From positions 970,664 to 1,034,663 of the forward strand of contig NC_015557.1 of assembly GCF_000213785.1 (NCBI RefSeq): a DNA stretch of 64,000 bases, in the 5' to 3' direction. Made by a program: the position numbers and the translations under genes. The stretch is from Hydrogenobaculum sp. 3684. GTDB taxonomy: Bacteria > Aquificota > Aquificia > Aquificales > Aquificaceae. The notes under the pieces were generated by a model that worked only from the letters and a program-made list of their open reading frames with translations, was not told where the DNA came from and made no database searches. Below, piece after piece: positions 20,221 to 29,633 of the stretch (the stretch's first letter is position 1; every line of letters starts with the position of its first letter).

Positions 20221-21183
20221 TCATGCCAAACCGTATCTTTTCAGCACTGGTAATGGATCAGATAAATTGTCTTTTAGCTTTACTTCAGAGGCGCTTCTTC
20301 CCAATGCAAGACCTAAGAGTTGAGTAAAATAAACGGCTGGTACATCAACATCTGGAACACCTTTTAACATTAATCTATGTCTATACATTTCCAAAGAAGC
20401 ATGGCAAAGTGGACATTCGGTAGCTATAACATCGGCGCCATTTCTTTTAGCGTTTTGCAATATCATCATAACAAATTTTTCTGACACTGACTCATCCGAC
20501 AAGGAGTGAGGACCACCGCAACATTGGGTATGCATAGGTTCAAAATCTACACTAGTAGCTCCGGCCGCTTCTAAGAGTTTGTTTTGGAAAAATGGATGTT
20601 CATCATCATCAGCCGTTGCTCTTCTCATGGGTCTATCTTTATCTAAGTCCTGACCACCAGAGTGCGAATATGTCCTAGCATAGAAGTGCGGTCTTGTATA
20701 TAGACAACCGTAGTAGTTGGCTACCTTTAAACCTTTTAAAGGTTTCTTGGTCTTTTCTTTTATTTTTTCTGGGCCAGCTTCTTCGTAAAGCCACTCTAAA
20801 GCATGATATGTCTCAGGTATTACATCCAAAGGATCCACACCGCCTTGTTTTAAAAGATCATTTGTTTTAGTAAGCACAGAATTATCGGTGGTTAGAAAGT
20901 ACCAAGCCCTTTGGAGTGAAAAAGAACAACCGTTGCAAGGAGCCACTATTACTTCATGTCCTTGTTTTCTAGCCAAAGACATATTTCTAGCGTTCATTAA
21001 AATAGTGCCCCAGAACGTTACATTTTTTGATTCCATTGCTCCGCAACAGTTGTAATCTTTTAAATAATCAAGCTCTAAGCCCAAATCTTTAGCTACCAGT
21101 CTTAAAGATACATCGTAAGCTCTAGCTGCACCTTCTAATGAGCAGCCTGGGTAGTAAGCTACATTTTTACCTATAACACCCAT
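20221..21183 (-). CDS. hdrB2: heterodisulfide reductase subunit B-like (sHdrB2)
   Basis: Two CCG domains (YYPGCSLE...CCG, ...CNGCSF..., HTQCCGGP). Confidence 0.8.
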   Translation of the reverse strand: MGVIGKNVAYYPGCSLEGAARAYDVSLRLVAKDLGLELDYLKDYNCCGAMESKNVTFWGTILMNARNMSLARKQGHEVIVAPCNGCSFSLQRAWYFLTTDNSVLTKTNDLLKQGGVDPLDVIPETYHALEWLYEEAGPEKIKEKTKKPLKGLKVANYYGCLYTRPHFYARTYSHSGGQDLDKDRPMRRATADDDEHPFFQNKLLEAAGATSVDFEPMHTQCCGGPHSLSDESVSEKFVMMILQNAKRNGADVIATECPLCHASLEMYRHRLMLKGVPDVDVPAVYFTQLLGLALGRSASEVKLKDNLSDPLPVLKRYGLA

Positions 21184-21195
21184 GTAAAACCTCCT

Positions 21196-21957
21196 TTAAT
21201 GAGTCATTATGCCTTCTTCATTTATAACTCTTTCAAGAACTTGTTTGAATCTGTTCCAGTTTTGAGTTCTTGGATGTATCAACATATGTTTGGCATTTAA
21301 TATCAAGAAATCTATGTTCATACCTTTCAACGGTTTGATAGCTAAGCTTTTTAACCAATCTGGCAAACCACCTGCAAAAGGTATTGGTTTCTTGAGGATT
21401 GGATCCTTCATTACATTAAAACCTTGCTTTTCCATCCATCCAAACAAAAGCTCTCCATCTTCTATACGTCCGTATTCTATGACACTTTCAGTAAAGAACT
21501 TGTCAAACTTTTTAGATGGGTATTCTTCTATAAGGCCTCTTTTCGACATTTGATTTACTATTACCTTTAATACTTCCTCTACCAAAACGCCTTTTGGACA
21601 TCTATGCGTACATTTGTGACAAGACACGCATCTCCATATTACATCTGCTCTTTTCTGCAATTCATCTAACATACCTAATCTTGCTAAATATATGAAATGT
21701 CTTGGGTTGTATTTCTCGTCCCAATAGTTGTGCACAGGACAACTAGCTGTACAGTATGAGCATTGATAGCACTGGTTTATCGTTTTCCCTTGGGGGTGGT
21801 TGATGATATCTTTGGCGAAATCTAAATCGTAATCGTCTATTACGCGAGGAAGTATTATAAGGTTCCAGTCTCCAGATGCATCAACACCGTCTATAACTAT
21901 CCTATCTTTCTTTATTATACGCTCTTGCTCTACAAGGCCACGTTCATGAATAGCCAT
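21196..21957 (-). CDS. hdrC2: heterodisulfide reductase subunit C-like (sHdrC2)
   Basis: Two 4Fe-4S motifs CYQCSYCTASCP and CVSCHKCTHRCP. Confidence 0.8.
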   Translation of the reverse strand: MAIHERGLVEQERIIKKDRIVIDGVDASGDWNLIILPRVIDDYDLDFAKDIINHPQGKTINQCYQCSYCTASCPVHNYWDEKYNPRHFIYLARLGMLDELQKRADVIWRCVSCHKCTHRCPKGVLVEEVLKVIVNQMSKRGLIEEYPSKKFDKFFTESVIEYGRIEDGELLFGWMEKQGFNVMKDPILKKPIPFAGGLPDWLKSLAIKPLKGMNIDFLILNAKHMLIHPRTQNWNRFKQVLERVINEEGIMTH

Positions 21958-21969
21958 AACAACCTCCTA

Positions 21970-22743
21970 TTAATAGGTAAAAGTTACTTCATCATCTCTT
22001 AAAACACCTAAAAGACGCTTGGCAATAAAATCTGCAGGTGGGAAAAACCCTTTAGCACTATGCATTGTAGATAGGGTCATGTAATCAACGTAAGTACCAT
22101 AAATCATAGCCAAAAAGATATCTACAAACAAAAATCCTCTCACTCTTATACCGAACTCCAGAAGCTTTTCGTAAACTTGAACATAGGTTTGATAAAATTC
22201 TTCGTAAGTAGAACCATACATCTCTCTGCCGTGCCCATTTACTGGGGCTTCTTCTTTTAAGAACACAATAGCTCCACTTTCAGATTCAGGGTCCCATATC
22301 CAAGAGGTGAAAAGTATGTAATCTTCTGGAAATGTAAAATGTAGTATCTCTGCAGCAATATCTCTAGCGTTTTTCTTACTTACACCTCTTATTACATCTG
22401 TAAAAGCGTTAACCCTTTGTTCCCAGGTATCCGCTTTAGAATATAAAAGATCGCTTATAGCTTTTTTGAGGTTGTTAACACCGGTTTCTTCCACAATCTT
22501 ATTTCTGAATCTTCTAGCTGGGTACATCCTGTAAAATACATCAAGCAATGTGTCCTTATCTATAGAAGCTAATCGCTCCTTTGAGAATGTCTCTCTAAAA
22601 AGATTCGATTTCTCAAGAACCCTAGAATAGAACTCTTGAGCTAGCTCCTCTCCATCTCCTAATATCTTTATTAGATAATCCCTTACTAAAAAGTCATCAA
22701 GAGGGGCCGCTTTGAACCCCTCGTTTGGTTTAATGTTGCTCAT
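21970..22743 (-). CDS. conserved hypothetical protein of sHdr clusters
   Basis: Sits between hdrA and hdrC2, as in described sHdr loci; no motif. Confidence 0.5.
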   Translation of the reverse strand: MSNIKPNEGFKAAPLDDFLVRDYLIKILGDGEELAQEFYSRVLEKSNLFRETFSKERLASIDKDTLLDVFYRMYPARRFRNKIVEETGVNNLKKAISDLLYSKADTWEQRVNAFTDVIRGVSKKNARDIAAEILHFTFPEDYILFTSWIWDPESESGAIVFLKEEAPVNGHGREMYGSTYEEFYQTYVQVYEKLLEFGIRVRGFLFVDIFLAMIYGTYVDYMTLSTMHSAKGFFPPADFIAKRLLGVLRDDEVTFTY

Positions 22744-23801
22744 TATACACTCACCTTAGCTCCTATAAAAGCTATTGCTTCTGCAGCTGCTGCCTCACCT
22801 TCAGACATAGATGACTCTATATCTATAGGGCCTTTGCAAGCACCTGCTATAAAAATACCTTCTTTGTTTGATATGATGTTTGAACCTGAGTTGTCAGAAG
22901 GTATCAGGAATTTACTATCTTGATCTTGGTTCAAACCTAGTATCTTAGCAACTTTCTTTGTACCTTCAGATGGCTCCATTCCAAGCACTAAAACTACCAA
23001 GTCCATTGGTACTTCTGATGGTCTTTGAACTATAGTGTCTTCGTGCTTTACTACAAGTCTTCCGTCTGACGGTCTAAAGGTTATTTCAGCTATTCTTCCT
23101 CTTACATATCTAACACCGGCTTTTTCTTGAGGAGCCCAATAGAATGGGTATTCCCAAGTGCCATATGTTCTAACATCCATATAATAGCAAAACACATCTA
23201 CATCTGGATAATGTTCTCTTATCTCTGTGCCTTGTAAACCAGAGAGAGCACATCCATATCTACAGCAGTGTACATTTGATACACCCAATTGCCTATCTCT
23301 TGAACCAACGCAAAATACAAATGCTACACGCTTGGGAAGTTGGCCGTTGGATGGTCTGTAAAGCTTACCTTGACGAGAAAACATTTGCTCTAACTCAAGG
23401 TTTGTTATTACATCTGGGAAAAGCCCATAACCGAGTTCACCTTTTCTTCTTGGATTAAAGTGTTGGAAGCCAGTGGCCACTACTATAGCTCCAGCTTCTA
23501 CAGTTTCCCCGTTTGATAGCTTTACCTTGTAGTTACCAGGCGCACCTTCACAAGCTTCCACTTCTGTACCTAACTTGACTTTAACGTTTGGGTTCTTAGT
23601 TACTTCATCAATAACGGGACCTAAAACTTGTGATGGTTTTAGCTTTCTTGGAATAAGGGTATGATAATCTTCCAATATCGGTCTACCACCTAGTTTTTGC
23701 TCCTTCTCCACTAAGATGGTAGATATACCCAATTTACCAAGAGTTTTAGCTGCGGATACACCAGCAGGTCCGCCACCTATTACTAATACGTTCTTAGACA
23801 T
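22743..23801 (-). CDS. hdrA: heterodisulfide reductase subunit A-like flavoprotein (sHdrA)
   Basis: VLVIGGGPAGVSAA FAD-binding motif and an FeS Cys cluster (CVGSRD...CCRYGC). Confidence 0.85.
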   Translation of the reverse strand: MSKNVLVIGGGPAGVSAAKTLGKLGISTILVEKEQKLGGRPILEDYHTLIPRKLKPSQVLGPVIDEVTKNPNVKVKLGTEVEACEGAPGNYKVKLSNGETVEAGAIVVATGFQHFNPRRKGELGYGLFPDVITNLELEQMFSRQGKLYRPSNGQLPKRVAFVFCVGSRDRQLGVSNVHCCRYGCALSGLQGTEIREHYPDVDVFCYYMDVRTYGTWEYPFYWAPQEKAGVRYVRGRIAEITFRPSDGRLVVKHEDTIVQRPSEVPMDLVVLVLGMEPSEGTKKVAKILGLNQDQDSKFLIPSDNSGSNIISNKEGIFIAGACKGPIDIESSMSEGEAAAAEAIAFIGAKVSV

Positions 23802-23821
23802 ATATAACCTCCTAAGGTTTA

Positions 23822-25138
23822 TTAAGATCTAAACAATACCTTATCAGCCGTTGCACTTGCCCTTGGTTTGCCGTCGGATGTTCTGCTGTATGGTTCGTAC
23901 AGGTCATAGGTTTTAAAGAATTCTTGAAGCTCATCGTGTTTGCCTGCTTTATCAAGCTCGTTTATATATTTCACAGTGTCTTCCCACTCTTTTCTTAGCT
24001 CTTTCCAGTTGGTTATACCCATTTTTTCCAAGAGAGGTTCATAGCTTGAGCAGTTCCAGTATAGTTGAACTATCTTGTACGGATGCGCACCACAGGCTAA
24101 AGCTGAGAACATAACATCTGACATAACAGCTACCGGATAGTACATATCATGAGCTTTGCCTATCCATTGATTCTTTTCGAAAGTTGTGGTACAACCGGTA
24201 TCGTGAGTAACTATAACATCTGCCTTAGCATCCTCATATATTACCTTCAATTTTCTGTTTATAGCAAAAGACCTGGTGAACTCTCTTTCTGTCAATATAT
24301 GTCTAAATCCAAAACCACAGCAATCATACCATGTATAATAGTCAGCCACTATAGCTCCTAACTCTTTTACAACAGCAGTAGATGCTGCTGGTCTTTGGCC
24401 TCCATATATTTCTGGGTCATATACGTAGTCATCAGCTATCATTTTCCAAACGTGGCAAGCATTGTGTATAGCAACTCTTACATTTGATACATCTATACCT
24501 TTTGGTTTACCTTCTTTTTCGTATAGTTCTCTTATCTTATATCTGTTTGCATGTGTCCATTCTGAGTAGTGAACTACTTCTTGAGGTATCACCAATTCAC
24601 CATTTGGCCCCAATCTACCCAACTTCTTCAATATAGGTCTTACAGCATCTCTAAGCTCTTTATTCATTATGAGTTGTTCTCTAGTTTCCTTGTAAGAACC
24701 AAAAGATGTACCACAGTGAATTAGAGGATAATAACCAGTCTTCCAAGCTTGGTGCATGTTTCTTAGCCATACAGCAGCCAATGCAACAGGGTTTGATGTA
24801 CCAGAACCATGGTAGTTCCATGCAGTACAAGAAGTTTGGTGTGGTTCGTTTAGATAATCATATCCAAACTTGTTCATAAACCAGAATATAGAAGCTGGAT
24901 ATCCAGGAATGTTACCACATTGTCCACAAGATTTATGGTGCCATAGTTTGTTGGTAGGCACAGTCTTTATACGACCTGTTCTTGTATAAACCTCTACAGG
25001 TTTATGTTCTTTGGTGATTCTATGTATAAGGATCTCACCCTTTGCTTCCAATTCTTCCATGCGCTCAAATATTTCATCGTAATGAGCATGGTTGTTTTGA
25101 ATTGGAAATTTGGTCTTGTCATATCTAAGTAAACTCAT
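23822..25138 (-). CDS. hdrB1: heterodisulfide reductase subunit B-like (sHdrB1)
   Basis: CCG-domain cysteine patterns (CGQCGN..., DCCGFGFR). Confidence 0.8.
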   Translation of the reverse strand: MSLLRYDKTKFPIQNNHAHYDEIFERMEELEAKGEILIHRITKEHKPVEVYTRTGRIKTVPTNKLWHHKSCGQCGNIPGYPASIFWFMNKFGYDYLNEPHQTSCTAWNYHGSGTSNPVALAAVWLRNMHQAWKTGYYPLIHCGTSFGSYKETREQLIMNKELRDAVRPILKKLGRLGPNGELVIPQEVVHYSEWTHANRYKIRELYEKEGKPKGIDVSNVRVAIHNACHVWKMIADDYVYDPEIYGGQRPAASTAVVKELGAIVADYYTWYDCCGFGFRHILTEREFTRSFAINRKLKVIYEDAKADVIVTHDTGCTTTFEKNQWIGKAHDMYYPVAVMSDVMFSALACGAHPYKIVQLYWNCSSYEPLLEKMGITNWKELRKEWEDTVKYINELDKAGKHDELQEFFKTYDLYEPYSRTSDGKPRASATADKVLFRS

Positions 25139-25190
25139 AAAACTAACCTCCTAAAAAATTTTTTTGGCACTACGCCAAAAATTGCAAAAA

Positions 25191-25913
25191 TCACTCTTCT
25201 TGCATGTCTTCCCAACGCTCTTCGTTTTCTTCTACCATATCCATGATAACGTTGTAAAGGTTGGGGTCTATCTTTTCAAGCATATCAAATATACCTGTTT
25301 CTCTCCAAATACTGTAAAGCTCTATGGCAGTTTGAAGAGATACTTCCCAAGCTGTTTTTACAGATTTACCTACATCAAAGGGTATAGCCATACGCTTTGC
25401 TCTCAAGTTTTCCATATTGTCAGCCATCTTTGGACCCCAGTCTGGGAAGAAGTCCGGTTGAAGCATATCCGCTGAGAGCTGGTTACCAGTGGTCATAACC
25501 TTCAAGAGCACACGACCGTATGGTTTGAGAAGATCTTTAGTTGCGTCAAAGGCGTTTCTAACAGCCACTTCTCTCATTATAGCCACAAGACCACCTGGGT
25601 TGTTTACAAATGGACATCTTATCCAACAGGTAAAGCATTGGGAACAAGCCCATATGTATTCGTGCATCATGTCATAAAGCACTTCCACATCATCTTCCAA
25701 AAATCTTTGGACTATTTCTCTGGGTGAATAATCAAAAAATCTGTTGGATGGGCATGATGCAGTACAAACACCGCAATTTAAACAACCAAATATATATTCG
25801 TGATAGCGAAAGTCTGATTTGACTTCCTCTACAATTCTAACCTTCTCTTCCCATGGCACATCTTTGGTTTTCTGCGATATGGGAAGATTGTATCCGTAAG
25901 CGTGTCCATCCAT
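25191..25913 (-). CDS. hdrC1: heterodisulfide reductase subunit C-like (sHdrC1)
   Basis: CLNCGVCTASCP and CSQCFTCWIRCP 4Fe-4S motifs. Confidence 0.8.
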   Translation of the reverse strand: MDGHAYGYNLPISQKTKDVPWEEKVRIVEEVKSDFRYHEYIFGCLNCGVCTASCPSNRFFDYSPREIVQRFLEDDVEVLYDMMHEYIWACSQCFTCWIRCPFVNNPGGLVAIMREVAVRNAFDATKDLLKPYGRVLLKVMTTGNQLSADMLQPDFFPDWGPKMADNMENLRAKRMAIPFDVGKSVKTAWEVSLQTAIELYSIWRETGIFDMLEKIDPNLYNVIMDMVEENEERWEDMQEE

Positions 25914-25926
25914 AACAATTACCTCC

Positions 25927-26355
25927 TTAAAGGGTTATAACGGCGTACTCGCCACTCATTACTTTGTCCAAGAATGCAGCACCACCTATTATACCATCGC
26001 AAAGCTCGGTGTTAACGTCCTCCCTTTTGTATTCTTCCGTCAAGTCTAAAGATGGTACGCAAAGATATACCTTCACTCCTGCTTCTTTTGCCATTTTTAT
26101 AAAATCATACACAGTTTGTTCTACGCCTGGTCTTACTTTAACCTTTTTTGCATTGTCTTTCATCAACAAAAATCCGGCCTCTGAAGTAATAACCATCTCC
26201 ACTTCAAAGTCCATTGTTGTAGCCGCAGTAGCCAAGAAAAAAGGTGCACCCGCTTGAGGGTTTATAAGCTCACCAGTCACCGCATCGGCTCTTTCAAAAA
26301 ATGGAACAGTTAAAATATAAAAAATAATTTTATCAAATCCATTTGGTACCGCCAT
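25927..26355 (-). CDS. dsrE: DsrE3-like sulfurtransferase
   Basis: DsrE fold with a conserved Cys (KVYLCVPS); first gene of the hdr operon. Confidence 0.6.
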   Translation of the reverse strand: MAVPNGFDKIIFYILTVPFFERADAVTGELINPQAGAPFFLATAATTMDFEVEMVITSEAGFLLMKDNAKKVKVRPGVEQTVYDFIKMAKEAGVKVYLCVPSLDLTEEYKREDVNTELCDGIIGGAAFLDKVMSGEYAVITL

Positions 26356-26407
26356 AAATCTCTCCTTTAATAAGTTTAATCCTAAAATTTAAAAAATCAA
26401 TTAAGAT

Positions 26408-26440
26408 TTGCTTATAAGAATATAATAAATTGCTTATAAG
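26408..26440. promoter_or_regulatory. Direct repeat (A/T)TTGCTTATAAG x2, 22 bp centre to centre, in the gap upstream of the dsrE3-hdr operon
   Basis: Read directly. It lies in the 126-bp intergenic gap between the dsrE2-like and dsrE3-like genes. Confidence 0.35.
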
Positions 26441-26481
26441 TAACTTAAGCTCACACCTCTTGTTGTTCATCAAGATCACCA

Positions 26482-27015
26482 TTAAACAAAAATTGTTATC
26501 GGCTTATCTGCTTCCAACAAGAAATCAAACAAAGTCATAGCTCCAGCCGGTGGCTCCAAGCCGTCTATTAAATCTTCGTATTTGTATCCGAAAAGTTCCA
26601 TAGTCATCTGACAGGGTATTAGCTTAACATCGGCTTCTTTACACAACTGAAGAAGCTCTGGTATAGAAGCCACACCGTGTTCTTTGATAGATTTTTTCAT
26701 CATCTCTGTCATAAGATCTGTCATGCCGGGTATTACACCCATTAGCTGAGGAGGACCTGGTATAAAGTTTGACACGCTTTTAAGAAAAGGAAACTTTTCT
26801 TCCATAGATGGTGGGAATGCCATAGGCATAGCCGGATTTCCAACAGGGGCCAGCTTTAGCTGGTTTACTTTTTCCTTATGTATTATATTTAAGCCGTAAA
26901 ACGTAAAGAATATGGCCGTTTCTAGACCCATTGAAGCACCTACTGATGCTAATATCAATGGCGGATATGCCATATCTAACGTACCTTTTGTGGCTATTAT
27001 AGCCAATCTTTCCAT
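26482..27015 (-). CDS. DsrE2-like DsrE-family protein
   Basis: DsrE-like pattern with Cys (KLIPCQMT). Confidence 0.5.
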   Translation of the reverse strand: MERLAIIATKGTLDMAYPPLILASVGASMGLETAIFFTFYGLNIIHKEKVNQLKLAPVGNPAMPMAFPPSMEEKFPFLKSVSNFIPGPPQLMGVIPGMTDLMTEMMKKSIKEHGVASIPELLQLCKEADVKLIPCQMTMELFGYKYEDLIDGLEPPAGAMTLFDFLLEADKPITIFV

Positions 27016-27025
27016 ATTAAACTCC

Positions 27026-27259
27026 TTACTTTTTCTTTAGATAGAATATAATTTTTCCACCTTCTTCCACAGTTTCTAATAGCTCATCCCCAGTTCTTTT
27101 ACAGTAAGCTGGTATATCTGCTTTCGCTCCTGGGTCTGTGGTGATGAGTTCCAAAATTTGACCAGATGACATTTCTGCCATTTCTTTTTTGGTTTTAAGT
27201 ACCGGTAAAGGACAATTGAGACCAGATGCATCTAAAGTCCTGTCTACTTTAATAGCCAT
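27026..27259 (-). CDS. tusA: TusA-family sulfurtransferase
   Basis: CPxP motif (LNCPLPVLKTKK); 77 aa. Confidence 0.8.
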   Translation of the reverse strand: MAIKVDRTLDASGLNCPLPVLKTKKEMAEMSSGQILELITTDPGAKADIPAYCKRTGDELLETVEEGGKIIFYLKKK

Positions 27260-27366
27260 GCAAAATACCTCCTAAATAAGTTATGTTATTATTTTATTCT
27301 TTATTTTATATTTTATGTATTAAGATTTTATTAAAAAAAATTAATTTTTTTTATAATTAATTGCTA

Positions 27367-27915
27367 TCAAGCAAGGCCTCTTTGCTTTAGAGTATCTTGA
27401 TATATCCTTTTATATAGAATGTTCCACTCGGATGTTCCTTCTACAATCTTCTTGGAATAATTTTTTATACGCATACGCACTTCTTTCTCTATCTCTTCTT
27501 CCTCTTTGGCAGCTTCTATAAGGATAGAAGATATAACTTTTCTTATCATTGGTATATCTTCATAAATTTCTATGTTTGGATCGTTTTTAATAAGATCTCT
27601 TATTCTGTTGGTTATTTGATTCATGCGTTCTCTAGGTTTTGTTTCTATTTTCATTTCCTCAGCCAGCTTCATTCTTATGGTTCTATAAGCTGTCCTGTAA
27701 TCTATGTTTTCTTTTTCTATATAAGATAGTTGGTCTTTTAGTATTTCTTTTGCTTTTTCATCTAAGTTTTTTTCTTCTTCATCGGCTTCTTTAAATATTG
27801 CCAGCAACTGTTTTTTAAAATAATCTACATCCTCTACTTCTATATATTTTTTTGTTAAAAGCTCAGATAATAACTTATTTATTATTCTTTCCACCAACCT
27901 TTCTGGTAATCTCAC
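27367..27915 (-). CDS. hypothetical coiled-coil protein (DUF507-like)
   Basis: Charged, helical, E/K-rich ORF; no catalytic motif. Confidence 0.4.
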   Translation of the reverse strand: MRLPERLVERIINKLLSELLTKKYIEVEDVDYFKKQLLAIFKEADEEEKNLDEKAKEILKDQLSYIEKENIDYRTAYRTIRMKLAEEMKIETKPRERMNQITNRIRDLIKNDPNIEIYEDIPMIRKVISSILIEAAKEEEEIEKEVRMRIKNYSKKIVEGTSEWNILYKRIYQDTLKQRGLA

Positions 27916-27926
27916 GCTTGTGCTCC

Positions 27927-28337
27927 TTAAGCTTTTATTTTAGGACTAAAATGCTTTGCTATGTTTATAAACGTTTCCGCCATCTCCCTTTTTTTCTGCC
28001 ATTCTGATATTTCTTCCGCAGTTTTTGCATCAGATAATTTTCTCGTGGCTTCTTCAAAAACTTTCTTGTATTCTTCGAGGTCTATATTTCCTACTGGAAT
28101 AGCTTCTTCTGTTAGTATTATAACTTTGTCCGGTGTTATATCGGCAAATCCATATCCTACAGCTATACCATTTTTGTCATCTTTGTTGAAGTAAACCAAA
28201 CCAGGCTTTATTTGAGTTAAAAGCAACATATGGTTTTCCAATATGCCCATTTCACCGTCGTAGGCTGGTATATTTACAGATTCTACCTCTTCGGTGTATA
28301 CAACGCCCTTTGGTGTGACTATATCAACTTTTAACAT
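27927..28337 (-). CDS. atpC: F0F1 ATP synthase epsilon subunit
   Basis: MLKVDIVTPKGVVYTEEVESVNIPAYDGEMGILENH N-terminal beta-sandwich signature. It is a lone atp gene. Confidence 0.8.
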   Translation of the reverse strand: MLKVDIVTPKGVVYTEEVESVNIPAYDGEMGILENHMLLLTQIKPGLVYFNKDDKNGIAVGYGFADITPDKVIILTEEAIPVGNIDLEEYKKVFEEATRKLSDAKTAEEISEWQKKREMAETFINIAKHFSPKIKA

Positions 28338-28412
28338 AAAGCCTCCATATCATAAGATAATATTATACCAAAATATTTTTTGTAAAAAAATTAAATATGC
28401 TATAATTATGGT

Positions 28413-29609
28413 ATGGATTTAGAAAAAAACCAATGTAGCGTAGTCTTCGATAAAAAAGAATTTGACGATATCGTATCCAAAGCTAAAAATACCACAGAAT
28501 CGAAATCTATACTCCCAATATTATCAAATTTCCTAATAGAGATAGAACATTCTAAGTATTTTGTAAAAGCCACAGACTTAGAAAACTATATAAAGATAGA
28601 AGGTAGACCAGAGCAATCGGAAGTTAGCTGCACCTTGTGTATAAATTCTAAGAAACTAAGCGATATAGTAAAAAGTCTTTCTTCTGCAACATTCACGCTA
28701 ACGCTTGTTAACGACCCTTCAACCCAAAGCTCTTACGTCCAAATACAGAGCGGCAGGAGTAAATTTAAGCTAACGTTAGCAGAAGCTTCCGAGTTTCCAG
28801 CTTTTCCAGAGATAGAAGAGGACATGATATCAAATAACATACTTGGCTCTATGCTGTTAGAGGGTTTGGAGAGGACAGATTACGCTGTAGCAAAAGAAGA
28901 TGCCATGAACCCCACCCTCACAGGCGTAAACATGATACTTGACAACAACGATGGAAAGCCTTTTGTAGAGTTTGCCGCCACAGACGGCAATAGACTTACG
29001 GTTTTCAAAAAATACTACCCCAAAGATGAATCCAACGAAAATATAACTTTAAACAAAGTGTCTTTTACAATACCAAGAAAAACAGTAAAAATATTAAAAT
29101 CCATAGTAAACAAAGCATCTTTTGTAAATATTTACTATAAAAACGGTGGCTCGTTTTTGATTTTCGAAGATAAGGCAATGGGCTGGACGTTGTTTAGCAG
29201 GCTTTTAGAAGGAGAGTTTCCAGATTATAAGATGTATATAGAAAACGTAGAAAGACCTTTAAACGCCAAAATACAGCGTAAAGATTTGAGAGATTTGATA
29301 AGAAGGCTTTCTTTTAGTGCAGATGGTACTGTTATACCTATAAAGCTTACCTTTGCCGACAACATTTTGATAGGAGAAACCTCAGATAGAGAACTAACAG
29401 AAGGAAGGGATGAGATCGATATAGATTACGTAGGAGAAGCTTTTAGCGTAGATCTAAACGCAAGATATCTAAAAGAATCCGTAGACTACGCTCCATGCGA
29501 CTATATAAACATATCCACCGATGATCCTATGAACGGCATATTAGTTTCTTGTGGAAACTTTGAAGAAGAAGGTTTTTATTACGCCTCTTTAATAATGCCT
29601 TTTGGATGA
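28413..29609 (+). CDS. dnaN: DNA polymerase III beta sliding clamp
   Basis: ILSNFLIE, ATDGNRL and EGEFPDY motifs; C-terminus LIMPFG. Confidence 0.8.
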   Translation: MDLEKNQCSVVFDKKEFDDIVSKAKNTTESKSILPILSNFLIEIEHSKYFVKATDLENYIKIEGRPEQSEVSCTLCINSKKLSDIVKSLSSATFTLTLVNDPSTQSSYVQIQSGRSKFKLTLAEASEFPAFPEIEEDMISNNILGSMLLEGLERTDYAVAKEDAMNPTLTGVNMILDNNDGKPFVEFAATDGNRLTVFKKYYPKDESNENITLNKVSFTIPRKTVKILKSIVNKASFVNIYYKNGGSFLIFEDKAMGWTLFSRLLEGEFPDYKMYIENVERPLNAKIQRKDLRDLIRRLSFSADGTVIPIKLTFADNILIGETSDRELTEGRDEIDIDYVGEAFSVDLNARYLKESVDYAPCDYINISTDDPMNGILVSCGNFEEEGFYYASLIMPFG

Positions 29610-29633
29610 TTTTAAAAGCTGAAAACTTAAATT

